The position numbers and the translations under genes are program-made. A stretch of DNA of 64,000 bases from Candidatus Woesearchaeota archaeon (lineage in GTDB: Archaea > Nanobdellota > Nanobdellia > Woesearchaeales > ARS49): assembly GCA_038884975.1 (NCBI GenBank), contig JAWAAW010000002.1:18829-82828 (forward strand). Reading direction: 5' to 3'. Positions 54,311 to 63,423 of the stretch are shown here, piece after piece. Numbering within the stretch: position 1 is the first letter of the stretch; each line of letters opens with the position of its first letter. The notes under the pieces are model-generated. The model did not search any database. It worked only from the letters and a program-made list of their open reading frames with translations, and was not told the DNA's origin.

Positions 54311-55191
54311 AGTATTCTCCTGAGTGTGTTTCTCATATATATTCTATACCATGCCATGAATGCAAAAAGCAGGACGAAATACATCATCATTTGCATCTTT
54401 CCTTGCGCAATACTTAGTATCCAGCTCAATAATACGTAAATGATAAAAATGTAGCAGTATGGGTGCGCGAACCTTGCTAGTGAACCCACTCCTGTGCCGA
54501 ATGTGTCCTTTAAAGCAGCCCCGAATGCATTGTTTTTTGTGAAGGAATGATGCAGGATTGTTGTGAGATGGACATATAGCAGGACTGTTATTGCAAACAA
54601 CGCTATTATTGCAAGGGGTGATTTCATTGTGACAAGGAAGAATCCTGTGATAAAGACCCAGATTGTGCACCAGATTAGGTTTAGTAGTCCAAGGCGCAGA
54701 AAGAATTGAGTTCTGGTTCGTTTTGTGAGCAAAACATTCCATATCATTCCACGCGAAACAGAATAAGCAATCAATGCAAGCAGATAAAACACGACAAGTG
54801 CAATTATTGCGTTTATGAAAAACCTTTGCAAGATGTCATTGTATGCAGAAAGCATTGCAGGATTTAGCGAGGTTCCAATCGGCAGTGTTCTGAGTTTTTC
54901 AATGCTGTTCTTTAGGAGGGCATAAAGCCCAAAAAATAATAATGCGCATACAACCCAACACATCGCATCAATGAACATTATCCAAGCGTATTCTTTGTTA
55001 AGCTTGAATGAATTGATGAATTCCTTGAATTCTTCTTTTGCTGATTTGTTCGGTGTGAGCAGTAGGATTAGTCCTGGAATTGCAATAATTAGTGCCTCCA
55101 ATGATTGTTGCATTATGTACGTGAGCACTGCGATTATGATTAGTGCGATGCCGATGATTCGTGGTGTTGTGATTAGTTGCTTTATTTTCAT
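54307..55191 (-). CDS. Operon gene 4: polytopic membrane protein (same family as genes at 45774 and 13614)
   Basis: Track ORF to 55311; ATG 55191 (MKIKQLITTPRIIGIALIII) forms an ATGA overlap with the gene 3 stop; FFLRLGLLNLIW parallels FARINLLW / FAGITTLW. Confidence 0.7.
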   Translation of the reverse strand: MKIKQLITTPRIIGIALIIIAVLTYIMQQSLEALIIAIPGLILLLTPNKSAKEEFKEFINSFKLNKEYAWIMFIDAMCWVVCALLFFGLYALLKNSIEKLRTLPIGTSLNPAMLSAYNDILQRFFINAIIALVVFYLLALIAYSVSRGMIWNVLLTKRTRTQFFLRLGLLNLIWCTIWVFITGFFLVTMKSPLAIIALFAITVLLYVHLTTILHHSFTKNNAFGAALKDTFGTGVGSLARFAHPYCYIFIIYVLLSWILSIAQGKMQMMMYFVLLFAFMAWYRIYMRNTLRRIL

Positions 55192-56564
55192 ACGTTTGCT
55201 CCTGGGGGCGGTGTTCCTGGTGTTGCTGGCGCTCCTGGTCCTTCTGTTGTTGGTGTTGTTACTGCGTAAGGTGCTGTTGGTCCGCCAGCGTATTGGGCTA
55301 TTCCGTTGCATATTTTGTGAACGCGCTTGCCCCCGAAGCTTGTGATTTCAGGGTCAAAAACAAGGCATACTTCGCTATAGTCTGTTGAGGAAACCTTGTA
55401 TAATGCTGATGCTCCTATTGCGCTTGTTGTTCCGCCTTTTGCAAGTGTTTGTGGTGTGCTCCACCATGATGCTGTTCTTTCTCCTCCAAACACGACGTTA
55501 TAAGTCATTTCCTTTTCTTCGTCCGGGTTTGTGAGGGCAAAAGTGACTGTGTATCCCCAGTACGTTGCGTTTGGCGTGATGATTGGGAGTGAGCGTTGTG
55601 CTTCTATGTGTGCTGTTGCTTTTGGCGCTCCTCCTGCTGGTGGCGTGTATAGTATGCCGTCGCGCGATGGGGTTATGTCCGTGTATCTGCCGCATATTTG
55701 TGATGCCCAGCATTCTGTTCCTCCTATGTGTAGGGTGTCGCACATTATTTCATTCACTTTGTCCTTCCATTTTTTTAGGAATTCCTTGTCAAAAATGAGT
55801 GAGGACCATCCTGCAAGACCGTAGAATTGTTGGAAGTATTTGATTGCAGTGCCTAATTGGAAGCCTTCTTTTTTCGCAAGATTCTGGGCTTCTTGCCTGT
55901 AATACTGTAGTTCTTCTTCTGCTCCGGGATATTCCTTCAAGACTTGTTCTAATGTTAGCTTTCTCCCCTGTTCATCGTAGTATGTCAATCCATCTGGCTC
56001 ATTTACATCATACCCGATTGTGATTTTTCCTGCAATTTTTCCAAGCTCGCTAATGCCTTTTGGAAGAACTGGCTTTGTTGGCGCTTTGGGAGTTTCTTGT
56101 TGTTGTTCTAACGTCACTCTTTCTTCTGGGAGGGTTGTTGTTGGAGAAGATTCCATTTGGCGTATTATATGTTCAGTTTCTGGATTTACTTTTAATGCGC
56201 TCATTTCTTCTTGTGTTAGTTCGCGTTTATCACCCTTTTCTGTAGTATAAAATTTGTATTCATTTTCAGCATCAGGTTCATATGTTATTGTGCTGATATC
56301 CACAGGTGGGAGAGGGAGTATTGGTTGTATTGTTCCTGCTTCGATTTGTTCGTATGTTGTTTTGAGTAGGGGGTGTAGGTTGTTGATTTCTTCTTGTGTG
56401 AGGTATCTTCCTGTTTGTCCTGGTGGTTGGTAATATGCTCGCATTTGCCCTGTGCTGGGATCTTTGTACATTGACAAGTATGCTTCGTTTATTTGTGTGT
56501 ATGCAAATGCTGCGCTTGAACTAATTATGATTGCAATGATTAGTGTTATTATTTGTTTTTTCAT
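55188..56564 (-). CDS. Operon gene 3: secreted 458-aa protein, unknown family
   Basis: Signal peptide MKKQIITLIIAIIISSSAAFA; Cys-containing C-terminal beta-rich half; Pro/Gly-rich end. Confidence 0.75.
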   Translation of the reverse strand: MKKQIITLIIAIIISSSAAFAYTQINEAYLSMYKDPSTGQMRAYYQPPGQTGRYLTQEEINNLHPLLKTTYEQIEAGTIQPILPLPPVDISTITYEPDAENEYKFYTTEKGDKRELTQEEMSALKVNPETEHIIRQMESSPTTTLPEERVTLEQQQETPKAPTKPVLPKGISELGKIAGKITIGYDVNEPDGLTYYDEQGRKLTLEQVLKEYPGAEEELQYYRQEAQNLAKKEGFQLGTAIKYFQQFYGLAGWSSLIFDKEFLKKWKDKVNEIMCDTLHIGGTECWASQICGRYTDITPSRDGILYTPPAGGAPKATAHIEAQRSLPIITPNATYWGYTVTFALTNPDEEKEMTYNVVFGGERTASWWSTPQTLAKGGTTSAIGASALYKVSSTDYSEVCLVFDPEITSFGGKRVHKICNGIAQYAGGPTAPYAVTTPTTEGPGAPATPGTPPPGANV

Positions 56565-59500
56565 GTTGTTCTTTGTGCTTTGTAATTCTCAAATGTGTCT
56601 GTGAATTGGTCGCACCATTGGTTGCTTATTGAGCCGAAGTCGGTGAGGCTCTTGAAGTTCTTGATGTAGTTGATTGTTTCGCCGAGCTGTGCTGCTATTG
56701 ATGTGCCTGCGCAGACATAATACATTGTTCCGCCTGCCTCGCACGCGCTTGCGCAGGCTATTGCGAGTGCTGCTGATACGAGTGCGATTGGGTTAGAGAA
56801 TGCCTGTTGTATCAAATTGAGATAATAGCTCACGATTGGGGCAAATGGGATTATGTTGAATATTTCTCCAACCACAAACCTGCATTGCATGTAGTTTTTC
56901 TGGTCTTTGCACACGCTTGCAGGCATTCCTTGTTCTCTGACGTCTTCAAGCAGGCATAGTCCGTAACGGCATTCTATTTGTTTCCACTTGTCAAGGTTGT
57001 AAATTATTCCTGGAATGCATAATGGCGGGATTATTATGCTGTAAATCAGGCTGTCCTTTACGTTCAAGTACACGTTTGGGTTTTGTACTGCCGTGCCTTC
57101 TTTTGCGATGGCGCCGGCAAGTTGTTCTTTTGTCCATTTGTTTCCAAGGCTTGCCCAGTCATAATACCAGTTTGACATTCCTGCCTTTGCTTTTCCTGCT
57201 GTTTGTGCGCTCATGACGTCAAGCCTGATTTCGCCCATGAATCCTTCGTTGCTGAGGAAGTCAAAAAGTCCTGCCTGGCAGGTTGTGAAGTCGCAGAATT
57301 TCTTGAATGTTGTCAGCAGTCCTCCTTCTTTGTTGAAGTATGTGCGTGATTTTTCTGCTGACCTGCAGGACATTCTTCCTTCTTCTTTCATTGCTTCTGC
57401 CACTCCTTGCAGGCCCGGTATGTTGTAAAGTATGTTTCCAATCGTGTCTGATATTAGTGATATCATTGCGAGAAGGGAAATCACGTTCATTACTGCATTG
57501 AGTATTGTGCACAGCTTTTCAGCCGTTGACATGAATTTCTGCAGTTGCCTGATTATTTTCCACGCGCCTTCCACTTTGTCATTCACGTCCTCAACGTCGG
57601 AATCAATGTTGTTGTAAAGTTCTCCGAGTGGGAGGTTGTAGAATTGCAGGTTTATTGTGATGTTGTCGTGTTCAAGGTTTTGTGGAATGAATTTTCCGAT
57701 TCTGGTAAGCGTTTTCAATGGGCAGGTGAAGTTTAGGTTGTTGATTGTGTAGTCTGTTGCCACAAGGGTCATTACTATGTAGGGTTCTGTGCTTCCTGCA
57801 TAATTGTTTTCAATGCTGAACTCGCTTATGTAGTCTGTTTGTCCTGTGCATTCGCTTAGGTCAGCAGGTCCTTCTACTGTGAGCGGAAAAGCGTTAGTGT
57901 TCGGGCTTTCCATCTTAATCCTGCAATATACTGGGTGTTCAAAGACAGAGAGTGTTGTGCGGTCAAGCAGTTTTGGCGAGCACTCGGAGGTTATTGTCCA
58001 ATAGTTTGGTGCTGTTTCATTGCTTATTCCGAGGATGAATAATTCTGATGTTGTTATTTCTGCCTTGTTTCCTGCAACGTCTGCAAAACTGAATTTGAGG
58101 CGTGTTTCCTGCGGTCCTGAAACCCCGACGTCAATGCTGAACACGCATTTCTTGGTGAGGTTGCCTTCGCATCTTTCTGGCAGGGTTTCATTGCTTCCTC
58201 CAAGGTCTGAAAGGTCCGCAAGTGCTGTCTTGAATCCTGTTGCCTCAACAACGAACTCAAGTGTTTCGCCGAGTGATGTGTAGTTTGTTTTTACTCGTTG
58301 TTGTTCCCTGAATGCTGCTATCTCCACAAGTCGTGGGTTTTCAGGTGCGGTCTTGTCAAAAGTCACGTTCATTTGTAATGTTTTCGTGACTTGGTTGTTG
58401 AGGTTGTCCCTTGTTGTTGGAAGGAGTTTTACAGAATACCTTCCGCTGCTTACTGTTGGGATAACTTTCCAATAGCACTTCCAGTTTTCTGTTCCTGTTT
58501 TTTCGCACTTGCTTGCTTTTGTTTCAGCACCAAGTCCGAGTGAGTGAAGGTCGAAGTATGCGTTGCCTTTGCTCATTCCGCTGCCTGCTTCCTTGAATTC
58601 TGCAATGATTGTTCCTGTAACTCCCAGCACTGGCTTGCCGTCATCATCAACGAATTGGGTGCTTAACGATAATGGTTCAGGGGCAGTGTCGTCAATTCCT
58701 ATTGTGCAAGTGAGTGTTTTTGTGTCTTTGTTGCCCATAAGGTCTGTTGCATTCACTGTTACTTGGCACGTGCTTGGTGTTGTTATTGGGACTTTGCGCC
58801 AAATGAACCAGTCGTGGCTTTTGTCGTCTTTTGGTTTTTTGCCAAGCGTGGGATTGAGTTTTGAGAGGTCTGCATACACTGCTGTTGGATTGATATCAAT
58901 GTCTGGAATCTTAACGAAAACGTCAGCAAGAATGGTCTGTCCTGTTCTGGCATGCGTTATTTCAAAGCCTTCTTGGTCTCTGAGTTCAAGCGCTTCTGGC
59001 GTTGGCTTTCTTGAATCAATAAGTATGTCCTTGCACACGGGCAGGCTCTTGTGATTGAGGTAGTCTGTTGCGACAGCGCAGACTTTTATCCTTCCTGACT
59101 GTCCTTGTATTGTTGGAGTGAATGTGAAAGTGCTGTTTTTTGTGCAGGTGCCAATGCTTGTTGTTATTTGTCCTACTGTTGTTCCGTTTGCGCTTATGTT
59201 GATGAGCTTTATTCCAGAGCAGTCTGTTGTTTTTCCTGCCTCATAACCGTAGTCTTCTGCCTTGAGAACTACCGTGGTGGGTTTTGGGGCGTTGCTTGTG
59301 TTTGGGCTCAGGCTGAATGAAATAATCCTTGGTGGGAGAATGTCTACAGTCAGGGTTTTGTTAATTGAGGCAATTTCTTTGTTTTCTGTATCAAAGAGTT
59401 TTATTGCATAATTGTCTTTTCCGCCATAAATCAGGTCTGTTGTCTTGTAATTGCACTGGTACATCCCTCCTGCCTGTGAAGTGCAGGAGTCCATGAAGAA

Positions 59501-59728
59501 GTATGTGTTGTCATAATGCACTCTTGCTCTTTGCCTTGCAACCTCGTTTGTTGGGCTGCCTGCCATTTGTGCAAGCACTTGTATTGTGAGTTCGTCGTTT
59601 TCCCTTGCAAAACCTTCCACGTTGTCAGTGCCTGAGAATTTTTGGACAGTCATTTGTTGTGCGAACGCGACAGGCAGCATTATGATTAGCCAAATCATGA
59701 ACCATGCCGCGTATTCAAGCATTTTCAT
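56561..59728 (-). CDS. Operon gene 2: giant secreted protein (1055 aa) with Ig-like repeats and a Cys-rich, partly hydrophobic C-terminal region
   Basis: Signal peptide WLIIMLPVAFA; Ig-like units bounded by DILPPRI / DSRKPTPE / DDTAPEP / DKTAPENP; the C-terminal 350 aa hold hydrophobic stretches (LNAVMNVISLLAMISLI, IALVSAALAIACASAC) and many Cys. Confidence 0.85.
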   Translation of the reverse strand: MKMLEYAAWFMIWLIIMLPVAFAQQMTVQKFSGTDNVEGFARENDELTIQVLAQMAGSPTNEVARQRARVHYDNTYFFMDSCTSQAGGMYQCNYKTTDLIYGGKDNYAIKLFDTENKEIASINKTLTVDILPPRIISFSLSPNTSNAPKPTTVVLKAEDYGYEAGKTTDCSGIKLINISANGTTVGQITTSIGTCTKNSTFTFTPTIQGQSGRIKVCAVATDYLNHKSLPVCKDILIDSRKPTPEALELRDQEGFEITHARTGQTILADVFVKIPDIDINPTAVYADLSKLNPTLGKKPKDDKSHDWFIWRKVPITTPSTCQVTVNATDLMGNKDTKTLTCTIGIDDTAPEPLSLSTQFVDDDGKPVLGVTGTIIAEFKEAGSGMSKGNAYFDLHSLGLGAETKASKCEKTGTENWKCYWKVIPTVSSGRYSVKLLPTTRDNLNNQVTKTLQMNVTFDKTAPENPRLVEIAAFREQQRVKTNYTSLGETLEFVVEATGFKTALADLSDLGGSNETLPERCEGNLTKKCVFSIDVGVSGPQETRLKFSFADVAGNKAEITTSELFILGISNETAPNYWTITSECSPKLLDRTTLSVFEHPVYCRIKMESPNTNAFPLTVEGPADLSECTGQTDYISEFSIENNYAGSTEPYIVMTLVATDYTINNLNFTCPLKTLTRIGKFIPQNLEHDNITINLQFYNLPLGELYNNIDSDVEDVNDKVEGAWKIIRQLQKFMSTAEKLCTILNAVMNVISLLAMISLISDTIGNILYNIPGLQGVAEAMKEEGRMSCRSAEKSRTYFNKEGGLLTTFKKFCDFTTCQAGLFDFLSNEGFMGEIRLDVMSAQTAGKAKAGMSNWYYDWASLGNKWTKEQLAGAIAKEGTAVQNPNVYLNVKDSLIYSIIIPPLCIPGIIYNLDKWKQIECRYGLCLLEDVREQGMPASVCKDQKNYMQCRFVVGEIFNIIPFAPIVSYYLNLIQQAFSNPIALVSAALAIACASACEAGGTMYYVCAGTSIAAQLGETINYIKNFKSLTDFGSISNQWCDQFTDTFENYKAQRTT

Positions 59729-61905
59729 TCTGTAACTATCACCGGTGTGAGCAGGTCTTTGTATGGCTCTGAGTAGTCAAACAAGGCGCCCATTACTTCA
59801 AGGTCCTCAACCTTTCTTCTGCTTGCTGGTAAGACCTTGTCAAGGGCGTAATAAATGTATGTGAACTGGATTGTTTTTGCTGCTTGTAATTGTTCTTCTG
59901 TTATTGTCCAGTCATATTCTGCGTATCCTGACATTAGTGGTTTTTCCTTGTTGAAAACTATTTGTGTTGGAGGCACTAATACGCGTTTCGGGCTTCTTCC
60001 AGGTCCTCTGCTGAACTTGCGCTTTTCAGGAGGGATTACGAGGTCTGGGGAGGGGTATAGGAAGCTCTGAATGGTGACGTGATAATCGCCTGCGTACAAT
60101 GTTATGTTCCTTGAAATGTCTGAGGGTGGCCTTCCGCAGGGCACTGGTGCTTTTGATGCAGGCGCCCCGCAGACCTCTCCAAGGATTGTCATTGGTTCTT
60201 CAAACTCTTCTTGTTTGCGTTCAAGCATTATTATCGTGTTTTCTCGAGGTCCTTGGTTCCAGAGGTTGGTTGTTTCAAGCTCCCATCCTGCTGTGCCTGA
60301 TACGTTTCCTGTTTTCATCAGCATCCATTTCTTGACTATGAAGTTGACAGGATATCCTTTTTGGAGCACAAGGTCTATTGTGTTGTTGCTTGCATCAATT
60401 ATGTCAAGCGGCTTTGATGCTGGGGGATAGTCGGGGTGGTTTGCGCTGATTAGTCCGCCAATGCATCTCGGGAGTCTTGCAATGAGTTTTCCATCAGATG
60501 AAGTTCCTATGTGGCAGGTTTCTTGGCCGCATCTGTACAGGATTTCTGCGTTGTCAACAGGCATTCCTGCACTGTTCCTTATGTTTATCGTGATTTCTCC
60601 ACTGGTTTTTTGCAAGGGGTCGCATAATAATGAGCTTCTTTCAGCAATCTCTGCCACAGCCAATGGCGGCCCCATTGTTGCCAATGGCTCGTTGTTCCTC
60701 ATGTTGGCTTCAAGGAAGAAGCGCAGGGAGTATCCTTCTCCTTTGAACGCTTCAGGGTTTGTTATCTCAACGAGGACAGGATAGCTGATGCCGTATGCAA
60801 AATTGTATCTCCTGACTCCGAAGAGGAATCCAAGAGTGCTTGAGAATCCTTCTGGCTGGCATAACTGGCCGTTGCAGTTGAGGTCAAAGTATGGGTTCCA
60901 CCACGGCAGGTATGAGAACTTGACAGACAAGTCCTTGTGCGGCTCAAGGACTGGCACTGTGAATCCTCTGTTGTAGAGGATTTCGTACATCTTCTTGTCC
61001 TTTCCTGCAGGAGCCATCAAGTACTTGTAATTCTTGGTGTAAGTGACTTTCAGCATTGGTATGTAGCTTGTGAGCATTTGCATTACTTTTTCCTTGACGT
61101 CAAATTTTGTCCATATTGTTCCTGTGCCAAATCCGAATTCCATTTCTGACACTGGGGGCAAGGCATTGCTGTCTGCCCTTCCGAATATGTCTATTAGGTT
61201 TCTTGTTGCTCTTTCAAGGAATGTGTGTTCTGCTTCAAGGTTTGTTATGTTTGTGGCGAGCGAATAAATCTCGTAAAAGTTGACTGGAAGTTCTGTTGCG
61301 AATTCCTTTAGCTCAAAGCGTTCTGTTGCTTTTGTTGCCTCAAGAGGGTATTCGAGCCTGACAACGACATTTCGTTTTGTGATTTGGGTGGTTGGCTTTA
61401 TTTCTCCTGCAGGTGTTATCGTGAATGCCTGTTCCTTGAATTTCTCAAAATCGCCAATGCAGTTTGGAAGTTGTTTCTTGATGTAATTGTTCATCTGGTT
61501 TTCTATTTCTTCCAATGATGGGCGTTCGCTTTTGAATTCGCATTCTGACCGGCAATTGTTTTTTGAGCTCATGTGCCACCAGTAAGGCACTTTCAGCTTT
61601 GAGCCCGGCGCGAACTGGACTGCGCTTCCTTCTGTGGAATCAAAAGGGTTGTGTTTTTGTTGCGGGTCTATGTAGCCTCCTCTTTCGCCAATCATTTCCA
61701 GTCCCTGCCTTGCTGTTACGTAGAGGCATTGTGTGATGAATTCTTGTAATGGCTGGACTTCAACAGCGACCTCTGCAACCTTGATTTCCGCTGCTTCAAG
61801 GGGCCTGACTGCCTTTTGCTGTGTGAGGTAAATGAATACTCCAACAGCGACTAAGAGAACCAATCCTATGATTATGAAAATAGTCAGCTGCCCCTTTTTT
61901 GTCAT
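59725..61905 (-). CDS. Operon gene 1: ~726-aa protein with class III (pilin-type) signal MTKKGQLTIFIIIGLVLLV; paralog of gene 5
   Basis: Track ORF starts at TTG 61911; ATG 61905 gives an N-terminus nearly identical to gene 5. Confidence 0.8.
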   Translation of the reverse strand: MTKKGQLTIFIIIGLVLLVAVGVFIYLTQQKAVRPLEAAEIKVAEVAVEVQPLQEFITQCLYVTARQGLEMIGERGGYIDPQQKHNPFDSTEGSAVQFAPGSKLKVPYWWHMSSKNNCRSECEFKSERPSLEEIENQMNNYIKKQLPNCIGDFEKFKEQAFTITPAGEIKPTTQITKRNVVVRLEYPLEATKATERFELKEFATELPVNFYEIYSLATNITNLEAEHTFLERATRNLIDIFGRADSNALPPVSEMEFGFGTGTIWTKFDVKEKVMQMLTSYIPMLKVTYTKNYKYLMAPAGKDKKMYEILYNRGFTVPVLEPHKDLSVKFSYLPWWNPYFDLNCNGQLCQPEGFSSTLGFLFGVRRYNFAYGISYPVLVEITNPEAFKGEGYSLRFFLEANMRNNEPLATMGPPLAVAEIAERSSLLCDPLQKTSGEITINIRNSAGMPVDNAEILYRCGQETCHIGTSSDGKLIARLPRCIGGLISANHPDYPPASKPLDIIDASNNTIDLVLQKGYPVNFIVKKWMLMKTGNVSGTAGWELETTNLWNQGPRENTIIMLERKQEEFEEPMTILGEVCGAPASKAPVPCGRPPSDISRNITLYAGDYHVTIQSFLYPSPDLVIPPEKRKFSRGPGRSPKRVLVPPTQIVFNKEKPLMSGYAEYDWTITEEQLQAAKTIQFTYIYYALDKVLPASRRKVEDLEVMGALFDYSEPYKDLLTPVIVTE

Positions 61906-62041
61906 GCTCAAACCCTTTTTAATCTTGTGCTCGAAAAACCGTTGTTGAGTATTTAAATTTAACTATATTATATGGACGGTGATTGTTACTGTTTTGGAAT
62001 GACGATAAATATTTATATATGCTTGCGGGCGGCTTGGTGGT

Positions 62042-62326
62042 ATGGTTGTTGGGGAACTGGTTGATTATTTGAAGGAGCATCTTGCTCTTGGTTATGACAT
62101 TCATGAGCTTAAGCTGCATTTGGTGCGTTACGGTCATTCTCCAAAGAATGTTGAGGAGGCGCTTGAGATTTTGAAGAGGGAAGCGTTGAATGAGCTTCCA
62201 CAGCCGCCTTTGCCGCCAACGAGTTCTGTTTCTGCTCACACGTGGCTTTTGATGCCTGCAATCCTTTTTGTGCTGTTGTTTTCTATTGGCGTGATTGTCT
62301 TTTTGTTGAGAAATACTGCGCTATAG
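62042..62326 (+). CDS. Small protein with C-terminal TM anchor
   Basis: 94 aa; helical N-domain, Pro-rich linker, TM WLLMPAILFVLLFSIGVIVFLL. Confidence 0.5.
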   Translation: MVVGELVDYLKEHLALGYDIHELKLHLVRYGHSPKNVEEALEILKREALNELPQPPLPPTSSVSAHTWLLMPAILFVLLFSIGVIVFLLRNTAL

Positions 62327-62372
62327 TTTTTTGGATTCTGGAGTGATTTAAGTAAAATGGTTAATCTTGATT

Positions 62373-62531
62373 TCACATCTTTGCCCTTATCATTTCAAGG
62401 GTTGCTGCGACATTGCGCAGAATTTCAACATCTTCTTCTTTTACTGTTCCGTCTTCTATTCTTTTTGCAACGCTCCTGATTATTGCAATCGCGTTTCTCA
62501 TGTTTGTTTTGTCAGAGGATTCGATTGCCAT
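62373..62531 (-). CDS. Possible 52-aa helical protein
   Basis: Below the track threshold. My translation: MAIESSDKTNMRNAIAIIRSVAKRIEDGTVKEEDVEILRNVAATLEMIRAKM; 7 nt downstream of the stop of 62539-63198. Confidence 0.3.
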   Translation of the reverse strand: MAIESSDKTNMRNAIAIIRSVAKRIEDGTVKEEDVEILRNVAATLEMIRAKM

Positions 62532-62538
62532 TTTTCAA

Positions 62539-63198
62539 TTATTTCGTGTATTCTATTGTGTAAATCGTTAGTGCGGAGTTTTCTATTTCCACGTCGAGCT
62601 GTATGTCTTGCGTGTCAAGTTTTTGGTTGCAGGTTTTCACGCAGGCCGCAGTGAATGTGCCGTCCTTGTTGGTTTTGACAATGTCCTTGTCAAAGAGGAG
62701 TGTCCTGCTGTTTGGCGTGACAGCGTAAACGCTGACGAATCCGTTTCCGTCAATTTTCCCGCTGATTCTTAATGATTTTGGCACTGCCTCGAGGTGCACG
62801 CTTCTCGATTCTGATTCAATAAATGCCCAGTTCAGGTCCTGCACGACTTTTTCTTCAGGACTTATTGTTACTGCGCCGAAAACAACAGGCTTGAAGAACA
62901 CCATAAAGCTGAATAGGACGAGAAGGATTGCTGCTGCGATTATGTGTGTTGTTGCGTGGATGCTCGCCTTTGGCGGGTTTTGTATTGTGTTGTAGATTTT
63001 TACGAGCTGGTCATATGCAAGCTCCTTATGCATCGGGTCAAGCTTTGACGAGGCGATTTCCTTGTAAATGTCAAGGAGTTCGCTGTATTTGGTTGTTGCG
63101 CCTGTTATGTCTTTATTGTCAATGCAGTCCTGGGTTTCGTGGTATTTGTCAACAAACTTCTGGACAAGTTCTATTTTTTCTTCAGGAATAATAATCAC
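62539..63198 (-). CDS. Single-pass membrane protein, unknown family
   Basis: 219 aa; cytoplasmic helical N-domain, TM IIAAAILLVLFSFMVFF, beta-rich C-domain. Confidence 0.55.
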   Translation of the reverse strand: MIIIPEEKIELVQKFVDKYHETQDCIDNKDITGATTKYSELLDIYKEIASSKLDPMHKELAYDQLVKIYNTIQNPPKASIHATTHIIAAAILLVLFSFMVFFKPVVFGAVTISPEEKVVQDLNWAFIESESRSVHLEAVPKSLRISGKIDGNGFVSVYAVTPNSRTLLFDKDIVKTNKDGTFTAACVKTCNQKLDTQDIQLDVEIENSALTIYTIEYTK

Positions 63199-63279
63199 CT
63201 TTGCGGTTTTTGGGGCGCTCTTCTATATAAACATTGCGTAGCAACAAAGTTTTTATACTTATCGTTCAGAGTTGGAGTT

Positions 63280-63423
63280 ATGAATGGCAAAGTGCCTGAG
63301 AGGCTTCCTGAGGTGTTATTGTGCCCTAAGTGCAGGAAGCCGTTGCAGTTCATTGAGGCATCATCAGAGTATGTTTGCACGAATTGTGGGTTCAGGCAGC
63401 CAATAAAAAAAAGGTGTGATTGA
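63280..63423 (+). CDS. Small zinc-ribbon protein
   Basis: ATG 63280 in track ORF 63139-63423: MNGKVPERLPEVLLCPKCRKPLQFIEASSEYVCTNCGFRQPIKKRCD (CPxC...CxxC). Confidence 0.55.
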   Translation: MNGKVPERLPEVLLCPKCRKPLQFIEASSEYVCTNCGFRQPIKKRCD

